Part shown: one piece after another, positions 10,310 through 23,275 of the stretch
Layout: every line of letters starts with the position of its first letter
Numbering within the stretch: the stretch's first letter is position 1
DNA from: Craspedostauros australis
Lineage: Eukaryota
Direction: 5' to 3'
DNA length: 64,000 nucleotides
NCBI GenBank assembly: GCA_030167865.1
Contig: JALAGF010006529.1
Coordinates: 1-64,000, forward strand
Made by a program: the position numbers and the translations under genes
Notes under the pieces: model-generated
What the model was told of the DNA's origin: nothing
Seen by the model: only the letters and a program-made list of their open reading frames with translations
The model's database searches: none

Positions 10310-12455
10310 TTACTTGGCGATGACCTTCATGAGGAGGGTGGCGGCGGAACCCACGATGGCTCCGGCAGCCATGATCATGACGGGGCTTGGTCCTGTCTTT
10401 GGTGTTCCCAGCTGTGGGGAGCCTGGTTCCTGAGATGGTGTGTACGTACCTTTGGATCCCAACTTGTCGCAGCTCTCCACGACGCGCTTGGCCATGGATT
10501 CCTCCGCCGCTCGGCACCACTTTCGTGGATCGTAGTACTTCTTGTTTGGCTTGTCCTTGCCATCTGGGTTTCCGATCTGTCCCTGCAGGTAGGCGCGGTT
10601 CTTGTGCTCGAAGGCACGGAGACCGTCCCAGTAGGCCCACTGGGTGTCGGTGTCGATGTTCATCTTGATGACGCCGTTCTCGACGGCGGACTTGATCTCG
10701 CTATCGGTGGATCCGGAGCCTCCGTGCATGACGAGGTAGATTGGCTTGTCGAGAGGAGAATTGATCATCTTCTTGGCGTAGGCCTGGTGCTTTCCGAGAC
10801 GCTCTGGGGAGAGCTTCACGTTGCCTGGCTTGTAGACACCGTGGACGTTACCGAAGGCGGCGGCGACGGAGAACATGTCACCGACCTTGGAGAGGGCGTC
10901 GTAAACCGAGTACACCTGTTCTGGGCTGGTGTAGAGCTTCTCTGGGTCGACATCCTCGTTGTTGACACCGTCTTCCTCTCCTCCGGTGATTCCGATCTCC
11001 ATCTCGAGCCAGATCTTCATTGGCGCCATGCGCTTGAAGTACTCGACGCAGATGGCGATGTTTTCCTCATCTGGCTCCTCGGAGAGATCGAGCATGTGGG
11101 AGGAGAAGAGCGGCTCTCCGTACTTGGCGAAGAACTCCTCGTCGGCCTCGAGCATGGCATCGAACCATGGAAGGAGCTTCTTGGCACAGTGATCGGAGTG
11201 AAGGACGACTGGCACACCGTAGTACTTGGCGACGCAACGGGTGTGCATGGCAAGGGCGACGGAACCGGCGGCGGCTGCATTCTTGTCCTTGATGGACTTT
11301 CCGACCAGGAAGGAACCTCCTCCGTTGGAGACCTGGATCATGATTGGGGACTTGGCGAGTCTGGCAGCCTCGAGGGCGGCATTGATGGTGGAGGAGCTGT
11401 GTGCCGGCGCAGTTATCAAAATCAGAAAAAAGGCGTTGGTTATGATGCAGAGTGCACGATTTTTGTTGTTGTCGTCATCGTTTTTCAGTTGGAGTTTTGG
11501 TTCATTTTTCATTCGGTTTTGTGGTTTGTGTGGATGCAACGTCATGCGTGTGACGAGAGAAAGGAGATGAAGTACGGTGGATGGGTTGATGTGTGCAGTG
11601 TGAGTTGTTGCGCTGTTGCACTGTGCATTTGGCAAATTTGAACACAATTCGGGGTTATGACTACGAGCAGGTTGCGATCATGCTGTATATTGTGGTGCAT
11701 GTTGTGGTGTGTGATGCGGTGCGTTTTGCGATGGTCGTTGAAGGTCGGTAGCGACGGTGGGATGGCAGAATTCTCGCAAAGCGGCCCAGATTCTACATTT
11801 CAGTTCGGGGCGCTCGATCTTGTCCGATCTTGTTGGTCAATGCGCGCGGTGCAATTGCGCGCGGTGGTTCGCGTTGTACAATGATCGCCTCGCCCCGCAG
11901 CTGCTTGGCCGAGTACGATTGCGAGTATTCTCATTCTCATCCCCATTGCAATCGGTCGAAACCGTCACACTGCGCTGCGCTGCACTACACTGCACCCCAC
12001 CGCATTGTGTTTTTGTGCGGTACGCATGCTGCCTGGCTGTTGTTTGGATGTTGTTACTCTTGCCCGCTGCGGATGCGACGACGACCTCGTGTTTTTCAAT
12101 TGCGCCAAATGGCCATCCGCATTCAATCCCGCGCCCACCACTCTATTGCCACCATCTTGAGATGATGACAACCAAGTGGATGGCAATCGTCGAACCGGAT
12201 CCGGACCGCGCAACACGCATCAAGTACCAAACAAGAAACGGCAAGGGTAGGACCACGTGAAGAGCATGCAATGGCCACACGGACTTGTCTGACGACAGTG
12301 CGCATGTGCTCTGTCCCATGAGAGAGCAAGATGACTCACCTTGTGCAGTTGACGGCTGGGATGGCGTAGCTGTTGGCACGGGCATGATCCAAGAGGGTGA
12401 CAAGGTCGTCGCCGGTGACGACGCCTGCTGGGACGATATCGTTGAGGGAGGCCAT
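10310..12455 (-). CDS. FBA: Fructose-bisphosphate aldolase class II, no N-terminal presequence (FBA3-like), 2 exons, 400 aa
   Basis: Exon 1 12455-12340 (MASLNDIVPAGVVTGDDLVTLLDHARANSYAIPAVNCT). Intron 12339-11397 (gtgagt...acag). Exon 2 11396-10310. Motifs HSDHCAKK, SSHMLDLS, EIGITGGEEDG, FGNVHGVYKPG, HGGSG, KMNIDTD. Confidence 0.95.
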
Positions 12456-13669
12456 GGTGGGATATGTGTAAACGTGAAGGGCTTGAACGCGTGTGTTGTC
12501 GTCGCTGGTGTATTTTATGGCTGTTCAGGGAATTGCTTTTGCGTCGTGTTCTGGTGCTCTTCGTTGCTTTGCGTTACTTTGCTTTGTTCTGGTTTGCATT
12601 GCATTTTTGGTGGTGGTGAGACACGAGAACACAAAGAGGGAGATACGACAGCTGTTGGGGATCTCTGGTGGCTGCGTATCCAGGCCCGTACGAGCAAGGG
12701 TACGAGGACGGCCACAGGTACGTGTGGAAACCGACCGCAACTGCAATCCAGGAGGTCGGTGAAGAGAAGAGAAAGACCCAACAAGAAAAAGACCACGACG
12801 CAACGGAGCGACGAGATTTCACTGGTGGAGGAAGCGGAGCGTCAGGAAGATCCGAACACGAAATGGAATTCGCCCTTTTCGTGCGTACAACCACGTAGAC
12901 TACGTTGCCTGATGGAAGAAAGATTCTCCTGGCTGGATCTTGTTCGGCTCCCCACAAGGATTCCTTTTCGTCTGCGCTGTTCCCTCGATTATTTTAGCTT
13001 ACATTTTGACGGAATGGATTAATCGAAGGAGTCAAAGTTGTGTGACGCAGGCGATGAACCCGAACCTCGCTCCAAAATGCCAGCACGCTGCCGACTTCGC
13101 ATCTGCGGCAAAGTGACGTCAAAGGATCGAGAACCTGCGACTGCAAGAGAAGCAGACGACGAAGACATGCGTTCGGCCTATTTTGTGACGACGCACACCG
13201 TTGTTGTGTTGCTGTGTTGTCGTCTCCTTGTGTCGCGCTGTCGTGCCGTTTGGTTGTGTGGCATGGTTTCGTTCGTCTATCGCTCCGCGGATTGTTGACG
13301 TGTGTGTGATTGGTCGCATCATCTCTCTGATGTCTACCAACATGAGGACGACCTGTTATACTCGACACCTGTCTTCCGCATCATGTGGCCATGGTTCTCA
13401 CCACACCGACACATATGCCACAAGAGACATGCATACCAGCTGAGGGTTGGTTGATTGGTCAGGTCTGAAGTGCTCCGTCTCTGTCTCTCTGGAGATTGGT
13501 GTGTGATGAACAACTTCAACGCATGACGTTCGCAATGTAACATGGCGACATGGCAACTATGGACGACACGCTACCATGGCTGGTGCGTCTGCCGTTGTCT
13601 GGGTTGTCATCGGTTGTCATCGGTTGCCACAACGCCACTGTTTTCATCGACGTTGTCATTGTTACGAGT

Positions 13670-13732
13670 GGCCATAACTTCGGCCAAACACTCGGCTATA
13701 ACAGCGGCCATAACTTCGGCCTATTCATGGCC
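13670..13732. repeat. Degenerate 12-bp tandem repeat (GGCCATAACTTC-like, about 5 units)
   Basis: GGCCATAACTTC GGCCAAACACTC GGCTATAACAGC GGCCATAACTTC GGCCTATTCAT GGCC. Confidence 0.8.
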
Positions 13733-16154
13733 TGTCCATAGTCGTGTGATACAATAGATGAAACAACGACAGTCAAGAACATGCAATCGTTCAGTAGAAG
13801 AGGAGGCTCCGCAACCACCAAGACGACCAATTCTGCTGCCAGAGGGTACGCTGTACATCGCCGCGCTGAGCGCCTGACTTTGGTGGTACGAGTGCGAGTA
13901 CTCGTCCGTGCACGAGATGGATGAGGAAAGCAAGAATGCTGCCTACTGGAGACAACGTGCTCCATGCATGGGAGATGTACCAGCTCGGAGAAGAAGAAGG
14001 TCGGTATTGCATGGTCCTCGGACTTGTACGTGAACGAGCGCGTTTGTTTGGTGTAACATGTTGTTGGTTGATGGATTGTTTGCTTGAAGTGGTTGCGGAT
14101 GGCGAGAGAGAGAGAGTGTGATACTGCCACCTGTCTCACTATCACAAACAACGAGAGCATGGTCAATGCCCGCGACAGGATTATCAACAACACGCCGTAT
14201 TGAAGGTGAGGCGCCGCAAGAAATGAATGGGTGCAAGGTCAAGGACTGCAACGATCTCGGTTCAATTCGCACCAATCCACTCCGTGTGGTTCGATGTGGA
14301 TCTGTTCCAGTTGACTTTCGGTCTCTTGAACATCTCAGAAATGCGTACGGCAACAGAAAAGCGGGAGCGTACTGGGTATCGGCTTCCTGATGCATTCGTT
14401 TATAGTGCGGTGTGGTTCTATTCCCTCTTCACGGAGTGAGCAGGGTCCATGCTGTTTCTGATACACGGAAGCGTCGCTGGTGCCGCTGCCGTCGGTACGC
14501 TCCTTCGGCGTCAGCCTCCTCGGCTTGCAATTCTATTGCATCGTGCTGCGACCAGTCGAACAGCTGAAACGCTTTGGTTGCGGCCGGCCCAGGTTGAGGC
14601 AAAGTCAGAGCGATGCCAACGCAATGCGACGGATGGTTTCTGCGCATTGCGTTTGGTGTTGCTGTCTGCCTTTGGGGTGGTTGACAAACATTTCCCGAAT
14701 TGACTTCCTCTTTGTTGGGAGTCTTCTTCGGTTCCGCGAGTACACTCGTATTGTACAATGCTCTACTCTCTATGTTTATGTATTGCGTGTGTACTTGGAC
14801 GTACTCTTGCTCCCTGCATACTCCATGCATCGACCAACATTCTCAACCATTCCATGCTCAACCACTCTATTACTTCTCCGATACTATGAATGCCGTTGTC
14901 TTTTCATGCATCATCGGAATATGGAATTGTCGTTTTTGGTATTATACATGTGTGCCATGCAGAGGCAGAATTTGAAGGCCAAAGGAGCTTTCCGATAGCC
15001 ACAGCGTCCAATCCAGACCTGGAAGATCATTGCATGTATCCTAGAGTATTGGTACGGAGCGAGACGCAACACAGAGGAACAAGACAAGAAGACTGTGAGA
15101 TGGTGGTTTGTGTTCTGATGGGTATTGAAGAATGTGGCAAAACGACGTGCCATTCGTTCGGCCGATGAATCGATGTGCACCACCGCGAGCGGCGGAGACA
15201 AGGTTGATCCGAACGCCATTGCATGGCGACACGTCATGATGCGTTTCATTTCGGGGGGAGAAAATTGTGTAAGTGTCATGGCTCCGGCCTACAGAGGCAG
15301 CAGAGCTCGCAGAACAGAGTGAGCCCCCTTTTGGGTGTTGTGCAGCTGGGAGTTGGGAAAGGCACGCGCGAACGGATGTGTGCGGTGTGCAATAGCTGGT
15401 GGATGAATTACCCTGGGTTTGTGCGCACGTACCTGTGTCTCTCGCTTCGACAAGACATGGACGAATGTGAGATCTTCGGTGGTGGTTGTGCTGTGTTCAC
15501 TGTACCTTGCTGATACTGCTGCCACTGTGAAGACAATCAATCACTATCGCTGCCATAGGAGCCAAGGGTGAAGGATATACGCGTGGATGTGTTTGCAATG
15601 ATCGGTCGCCAACTGGTACGATGGGGATGAATGATGCCATCAATGCGTCTGTGCGTAAAGTATCGCCAATGTCAATGGATAACAGAAGACAATATTAACA
15701 GAATAGAGTCTCCACTTCGCTTCACTCCATTGTGAGTGCAACATGGTGGACACAGCTCGCAGCGTAGGAGTAGCTGATGATGAATGAGGAGGAGGAAGAA
15801 GAGGAGATTGGAAAGGATGTATGCAAAATAAAAGAACCCACCAAGAGGTTAGTGTGGAATGACAACAAACAAGTTGCAGCCGACGACCGATCTCTACTCT
15901 CTGGGTATGCATTGACAGCTGCGCTTTCCCCACGCGGTTCGCACCATGAAGGGAACGGGATCCAGGCGGTGACATCCATCAAAACGATGGAGTCGGCATA
16001 GACAAGTATGGAGGCCAGAACGGCCCCCAAAATCTATCACCAAATCCCAGCGCACAGCTGCGATACTATTCCACAAACGTAACGGTGACACATTCATGGT
16101 GCTTTGATTCTGCGAACAGAAGTCAAATAGGTTCGTGTCCCCTGACTAATTCGT

Positions 16155-16196
16155 GGTTGGTTGCTTCGTTGGTTGCTTCGTTGGTTGCTTCGTTGA
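16155..16196. repeat. 12-bp tandem repeat (GGTTGCTTCGTT)x3
   Basis: Read directly. Confidence 0.9.
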
Positions 16197-18393
16197 TTGA
16201 TTGACTGTTTCAGTTGTTGCTGTTGGTTTTCTTTGGTGTACATCTGCAAAGGACGGGTACCACAGAGTGGTATTCGTACTTACCATCAGGGTGAGTCATT
16301 TGGTATTCCCTCTGTGAGGAAGGCGTTGGTGGGGTGTCCATCGTTGCTGAACCCTGGCTGCCGCGTGTTGCAAACAAGGCCAACAGCACATCAGCGGTGC
16401 ATCAGGAAGATGAGAAACGATGCACCAGCATATAATATTTAACAATCGAGCGACGGAGCGAACGGTGCAATAGTTGAGCAACTCGGTGAGAAGAGGTATC
16501 AAGTCGTGATGGGCATCATCGAAGAGCATGCAGTGGAGCACAAGCATGCCATTATTGCAGTAGTTGTTTGATCTTTAGTGACTCGGATATCGTGAGCACA
16601 TCTTTTCGCAAAAACGGAAATACGCGAGTGTCGAAGAACAAAGATTGATGTTGCGGCTGTGTTGACTTCGTGGTCAAGGACACATGGAACATGTGAACAA
16701 CCACGAACGCTGAGCAAGCTGGGGAATGGTTCCGCCAGGTGCATGCGAAACCGCGCGAGCGCTCGACCACACAACTGAGACTGGCGCAGCGTGACAAAGT
16801 GACATTGTGATGGCGTTCACATGAACATGAACATGAACGTAAATGTGGATGTAAATGGGCGCATCCAAGGATGCTTCCCAGACCAAATGTTGGGCTTACC
16901 GTGGCTTCTGCTCTCCACATGCTCCGAATGGGAGAGTGAGAGTGAGAGAGGGTGAATCGGACGGAAGCAACTCCCCTGGCTTGTATTTGTGCGAGACCCT
17001 TCGTCCGCTCACATCAGCCTCGCATCGCTTCGCAACGGGCTTGCGCTGTGATCAGTGCCATCGTGTTTCATATTCTATTATATCATCTTTCCATTTGCAC
17101 CGTCGTCAAAGTCAACGCAGCAAGCTTCTTGCTTTAATCAGTGGGCTGCACTCGGAAGAATGTGAGCATGGTGCAGTATCTTTTGTGTATCTTCGTCACC
17201 CATGGTACAGTGACGGACGACGGCAGCGATGGCCCTCGCTCTTGTTGGAGCACGGAGATGATGATGTCCTCCATGTCGTTGTTGGAGGGAGATGGCAACA
17301 ACGAAATTCATGAACTGGATTCCTTGTTCTGTCGGTGATTTCGTTGGCTTCATCCGCTCACGCGGACATACGGTCAGACGCATCAAGGTTGTGTCTGTCC
17401 ATTCTCCGCGAGGAACGCGCCAACGCCCCAATGCGTCTCGAATGACATATTTTGTATATCCAGCATGGATATAATGAATGTAAAGAGAACTGCAGGCTCG
17501 ACAATTGAGTCAAAATGTTATGACGTTAACGGTCGTTGGCGGCCGGGCAGGTCAGGAACGAAACACAACGAGAAAGAACCACAGCACAACAGCGCGAAGT
17601 TCGGCGCCACGAGATGGAAAGGCAGCCACGAAGACAACGACAAAGACATTAACGACGGAAGACGAGAGACAAGAGAGAGATCAACACGGACAAGAAGCAA
17701 GCGAAAAGCAGACAAGACAACGAAACAGCAGCGTGTGCCGAATCCGCGAAACGAAGGACAGCACCAAGAGGTCACAACTCAAACAACACAACCAACCGGA
17801 CCGTCAAGCCAACGCAGAAGTGAGTGGAAAGAGACTACCTGTCGTCAACAACGATGGTCGATGATCGATCATGGACGAAACATGCATCACGGGCGCTGAT
17901 GCATGGATGCGACGATTCCTAACTGTGCTAGCCGCATGCCAAAGGCCTTGGATGCAACCACAGCCGACGCATTGGCCGTCAACGGTGCTTGGCAAAGGGT
18001 GGCACGCGGATGCATCGATGGCATTGATTGGCATGGATTGCCATCGATTTGCATGGGCCGTTGATTACTTGCCACTTTTGCCACATTCAACTCGATGAGC
18101 CGAGGAGGCTGTGCATATCCGAGCGTCTGGCGCCATGAACTGTGTTTCCTGAGATGGGATGCTCTGCATGCGCACGGCTCTGCCTGAATGTGCGCCCTTT
18201 GCAACTGCAAGATTCAACCGCCAACTCACCAATCTGCTTCCTGCTGCACCATGCAACTCTTCCGACTCTGATCCTCCACATCTGGCGCACTGCAACTCCC
18301 TCACCCAACGCAACCGAAATCGTATTCAACCAACCTCACAAACTGGCTGCAGACTTCAGCACATTCCTCTAGACCAACACCACCACATTCACA

Positions 18394-19129
18394 ATGAGCA
18401 GCGCAATCACAGAAACATGCCCGGCATCTGCCCCATTCTTCGGATTCATGGGAGTCACATCCGCCCTCGTCTTCGCCAACATCGGTGCCGCATACGGAAC
18501 TGCCAAGTCCGGAGTCGGCATCTCTTCCATGGGTGTCATGAACCCAGGCCTCGTGATGCGTAACATCATCCCAGTTGTCATGGCTGGAGTTTTGGGTATC
18601 TACGGACTCATCGTTGCCGTGATCATCCAGGGATCCATCACAGCCCCACAGGGCGGAGTCAGCGCATACAGTTTGTACACCGGATTCGCCCACCTCGCTG
18701 CCGGACTCTGCTGTGGACTCTCCGGCCTCGCCGCTGGTATGGCCATTGGAATTGTCGGTGATGCCGGTGTCCGAGCAGTTGGACAGCAGGAGAAGCTCTT
18801 CGTTGGTATGATTTTGATTCTCATTTTCGCCGAGGCTCTTGGTCTGTACGGTAAGTTCCAACATTCTACCATGCGCACCCGCAGCTGGTGTTGTCGATGT
18901 GACGGCAAGAGATGGAGTGCGACACCTCCTATGCATGCAACACATACATTCAAAGATGCGCACCATCAGGTGCACACGACAACATACACATACATACTCA
19001 CATACATTCCCTTGTCCCATACGCCATACTTCTCAAAACAATTCTCACATGCACAACCCAAACTACTCTACAGGTCTTATTGTCGCCCTTATCCTGTCCC
19101 AGAACTCGTACGAGTGCGGCGCCAACTAA
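18394..19129 (+). CDS. VMA3: V-type H+-ATPase proteolipid subunit c, 2 exons, 170 aa
   Basis: Exon 1 18394-18850, intron 18851-19073 (gtaagt...tacag), exon 2 19074-19129. Motifs [27 protein letters not shown] and [21 protein letters not shown] (proton-binding Glu). Confidence 0.97.
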
Positions 19130-20128
19130 ATGGATATCACACACAACTATTGAACTCTGCTCCATCACAGCGGAGTCCATTCAACCCAACCCAAACACCA
19201 GCGCACTTCGTGTGCGCTCATTTCCAAGCATGCTTCAGGCGTCAACGGGCAACGCAATCGTCTCCAACCGTCGCTGACGCTTCTGCAATCAGCTTTCAGA
19301 AGCACGTCGCGATGCGGGCTCTTTGAACAGCACCAGTATCGTATCACTCGGCTGATGCGTCAAACACAAGACACCGACGATCGCCTCCCAGCCTCTCTTT
19401 TCGCCCACTGTTGAGAAGCATCATCATAGCATGCCAATAGAACAACGACACCACAAACAACAGACACACATCAAGTCATGTCACTCTGCCTCGTGATCAG
19501 CACGAAGAGCGGATGATTCAATGTAATTCTAGAGACCCAAAAGTCAAACACCAATGATCAGCTCATTCTTCCACAGCGTCCCTCCTTCCTATTTGATGAT
19601 GAGCCAATGCCGTCCATTCCTCTGCTGGTTAGAACCTGCCTTCGTATGCAAGAGAGCTATGCAACCTAGCCGTTGTTTGTGACAGGTTATGCAGGTCGAC
19701 TTGGAATAGTCTACGCGATCTCACTCCTCTCAGCACTACCGGTAGTGTACGTACATGTTCGTACAAGGTAGAATGACCAGCGCACACGCGCCACAGCCAA
19801 ATCTTGTGGGATTGGCCACCCTCCACGACCGCAAGCGAACTTTTGCAAAACGCGCCAACCGCCAACTGTTGGAGTCCGTAGCTCCAACCACAGACACAGA
19901 CACAAACACGACCACAGCCACAATCACAACCACGAAACAACAACGGACATAAATCTTCGTCGCGTGTGCAAAGTTCACAACAGGAGAACGACAGCTCATC
20001 TCAGCTGGCTATTGTAGTATACCATATAGTGCACAATAGATTGGAGTCGTACACACACCACATCAAGGGGAACGCACGAACAAGGAACAGAGCAAGGCAA
20101 GACCAAGCAAAGCAAGACAAGGCACACC

Positions 20129-21962
20129 ATGGACGACGCTGAAGTACCAGGCAACCCGCCAACACAAGAGGGAATCCAAGAGACCGGGCACTTCGGCTCA
20201 GAGGGCGCGAACGCGGAAGGATCCGCAGCATCAGGAGCCGGAGCAGAGTCCGGAGCCGTGCAGTCCGAATCGACCTCGTCGGCTCCTGCCCCCAGCCAAG
20301 GCGATGGAGTCATCGGCAGCCCCGCCATCCGCCCTGCCTTCCTGGGCAACCTCAAGCAGAGCTGCACCACCGGGGACATCGCCTCCATCTTCGAACGCCC
20401 CCTCACCACCGCCAACTGCCCCCAGGGCTCCGTCGATCCCATCCAGATCGACCGCATCGACATGAAGCGCGGCTACTGCTTCATCTTCCTCAAGGATGCC
20501 ACCCGCGAGAGCGACAAGGAACAGGCCGAGCGTTACGTCGGGGATCTCAACGGAATGTGAGTCATCGTCATCATCAACGTCGTCATCATCATCATCTGTC
20601 TACCATCTGCGCGTGCGCATCGGCTCTTCTTCGGTCCTCCTTCAGCCCTCCTTCCATCTTCTGTGTTCATTCATCCACATCCTGCGGCCTCCCATCCACT
20701 TCGACACCCAACGGAATGCCAACCGGAATGCCAACCGCTCGCGCATCATCGTACGCACGCGATAACATTGCTTTGACTCCCCATGTTCTTCTCCATCTGC
20801 ATCATCAATCGTCATCATCGTCATGGCAACCATCGTCTTCATCATCATCGTCACCTTCATCAACACTGTTATCGCTTCGACTGTCATGCAATGCAATGCA
20901 TAGCACCACGCACAACTTCACAACACTCGCATGTCCATCTACGAAACACCTTCATCAAACAACTTCCGTGAACATGCCTTCTTACCCCTACCATCATACT
21001 TTTGCTTCACCCATTCGCCATCCACCATCCATCCAACCATCACCAACACTTGCGACGACGGCGGCGACGGCGGCAACGACGACGACGACGACTTGGCCTT
21101 CGATTCCACCCACTGCACATGCTCCCGACACCACCTTCCACAAAACATATGATACCACAGGGAGGTCATGAACGTCTCCAACGCTCTCCGCGCTGAGTTC
21201 GCCCGAGGCGATGGTCGGATCAAGCGCAAGGAGGATGACCGAAGAAAGAACATCCAGCCATCGGAGACGCTCTTCGTGGTCAACTTCAGCGAGGAGACCA
21301 CCAAGCGTGAAGACCTTCAGATGCTCTTCGAACCGTACGGTGAGCTCGTCCGCATCGACATGAAGCGCAACTATGCTTTCGTGCAGTTCCGCAGCATCGA
21401 CGAGGCCATTCGGGCCAAGGAGGTCACCGATGGCGGCAAGCTCGACCAGAGCGTCCTTACCGTCGAGTTCGTCGCGCGTCAGCGTGGCGAGGGACGCGGC
21501 GATCGCAGACGCCGTGACTTTGACCGCGATGGCCGTGGACGTCCCCAAGGAGGAGATCGTCGTGGAGGATATGGCGGAGATCGTCGTCACCCCGTTGACC
21601 GCTACGACTCTCGTGGCGGCGGTCGCGACAACCACGAGAGAGGTGGTGGTGGTGGTGGTGGTGGCCGTTACGATGACTCCCGTGGTGGACGTTCCGACCG
21701 CAACCGCTCGCCTGGCGGATACCGTGGCAGCTCGCCACCGCGCCACCGTGGACGCAGCCGTTCCCGATCCCCTCCATCTCGTCACGGTTACCGAAAGAGG
21801 AGCCCGCCACGGGGAGGCAACCGCTACGATGATCGTGGGCGTCACGATGACTACCGTGACAATGACCGACGCAGCGGAAACGACTACAGCAGAGACAGCC
21901 GGCGCAGCCCGGATCGGGAGAACTACCGCGGAGGTCGCGATGACCGTGGGTACCGATCTTAG
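20129..21962 (+). CDS. SR-type splicing factor with two RRMs and an RS/RD/RG-rich tail (plant RS31-like), 2 exons, 409 aa
   Basis: Exon 1 20129-20556, intron 20557-21160 (gtgagt...accacag), exon 2 21161-21962, frame preserved. RRM1 FLGNL...RIDMKRGYCFIF; RRM2 TLFVVNF...RIDMKRNYAFVQF; RSRSRSPP tail. Confidence 0.9.
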
Positions 21963-23275
21963 GCGATCGGCAACGATGTGCACATGCGGATGCGCATGCA
22001 GAACACTGAGCGCGCGTCCGTGTGCGCGAATGAGCACAAACCGATGGTCAGTAGCCATGTTGGAGGATGATGACTCTGCGACGCTCGTTTCCCATCATAT
22101 CACACCACACATCAAAGAGTTTCTAGATTACGTACGGATGGGTACAGGGATCACTCCACAAGTACGCGTACGCATAACATGAAGAAGCACTCCGCCATCC
22201 TGCTTTCTCTCTAGAGAGTCATCCTGTTAACTTTTGACGCAAACCGAGCCCACACGCATCATCTGAGCATGGTATCACAGATCATGCACGCCTTGCCAAT
22301 CCGGTACTGAGAAACAACTCTCTATGGCAAGAGAGAGAGAGAGAAGGGTCCAACACTCCATGTCGACTTTTGGCATTGTGCCGATGCCTGTAGTCACTTG
22401 TCGTCGAGAGATGTGGGAGCAGCGCCATGCCGATACACTCGCTCCATCGGATCACCGTCTGAAGATCTGTAATCTCATCCACCACCTCCAGACTCTGACA
22501 TCCAGCGCGAAATGAACAAGGAATCTTCGTCTTCCGCGTGAGCATCCAGTGCACAGAACAGATCTCTGAGCTGACCATCGACACCTTGATGTCATTGGCA
22601 TACGAGCTATTATATGTACAGGCCAACAAGTACTTCACGTCCTATCACAGAAAAGGTCCGACCCCTTATCGAAGAACAACACGAGGAGCTGGTGAAGAAC
22701 GACCAAGCGCTGGTCCAAGCTCCGTCGCGCTGAACTGCTCATTCTGCTCCCATTCTGTGACCGTCAAGACCACCTTTTGCGAGCCTTCCTTTTGACAGGC
22801 GCAGATATCGTAGCTTCCTCTCTTGATGCCTCACAACCCAAGTCATTGCTCATACCACATATCTCATCATCCTCGACGGCACAATCATGGAGTTCCACGC
22901 CACGAGCTATTCTCGTCACTCGTGGTTTGCCTGACGACTTTCCTCGCGATTTGCGATGTATCCACGATTGGGAACCCTGTGCGTGGAGGACATCATCAGA
23001 CGTGCCGACACATCAAAGAAGAGCACAGAGCCATCGGCGGTTTTGTTGGCTTTCATTGTTTGGATCGGCATCTCCATTCATTGCAACTATGGCTGGCGTC
23101 CACAACCAAGACCACAGAAGAAGTACTCCAGCAACCGATCCCCTTTCTGCAGAGCGTTGCCATCTTGGCGCCGGCAGATACCCTCAAGCATCATTCCTGC
23201 AAGGGTATCGTCGCACTACCAAACATAGTACACCTGACAGAACGACCCATGCGGCTGCGGAGAGCAGGATCCAAC

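Noticed and set aside
11397..11647. N-terminal extension of the 445-aa aldolase ORF
   Set aside because: It is intron sequence; the true exon 1 with the conserved aldolase N-terminus is at 12455-12340.
13674..13718. ATAACTTCG resembling a loxP arm, or a CRISPR-like array
   Set aside because: Only 9 nt match, no inverted partner arm and no unique spacers; it is a simple 12-bp tandem repeat.
16276..16290. TACTTACC resembling the U1 snRNA 5' end
   Set aside because: No U1 stem-loop motifs or Sm site follow.
18851..19326. C-terminal extension of the 310-aa V-ATPase c ORF
   Set aside because: Read-through of an intron; splicing restores the canonical last helix.
22282..23275. Short ORFs and the long upstream extension of the protease ORF
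   Set aside because: No recognisable motifs; the signal peptide at 23276 is a better start.
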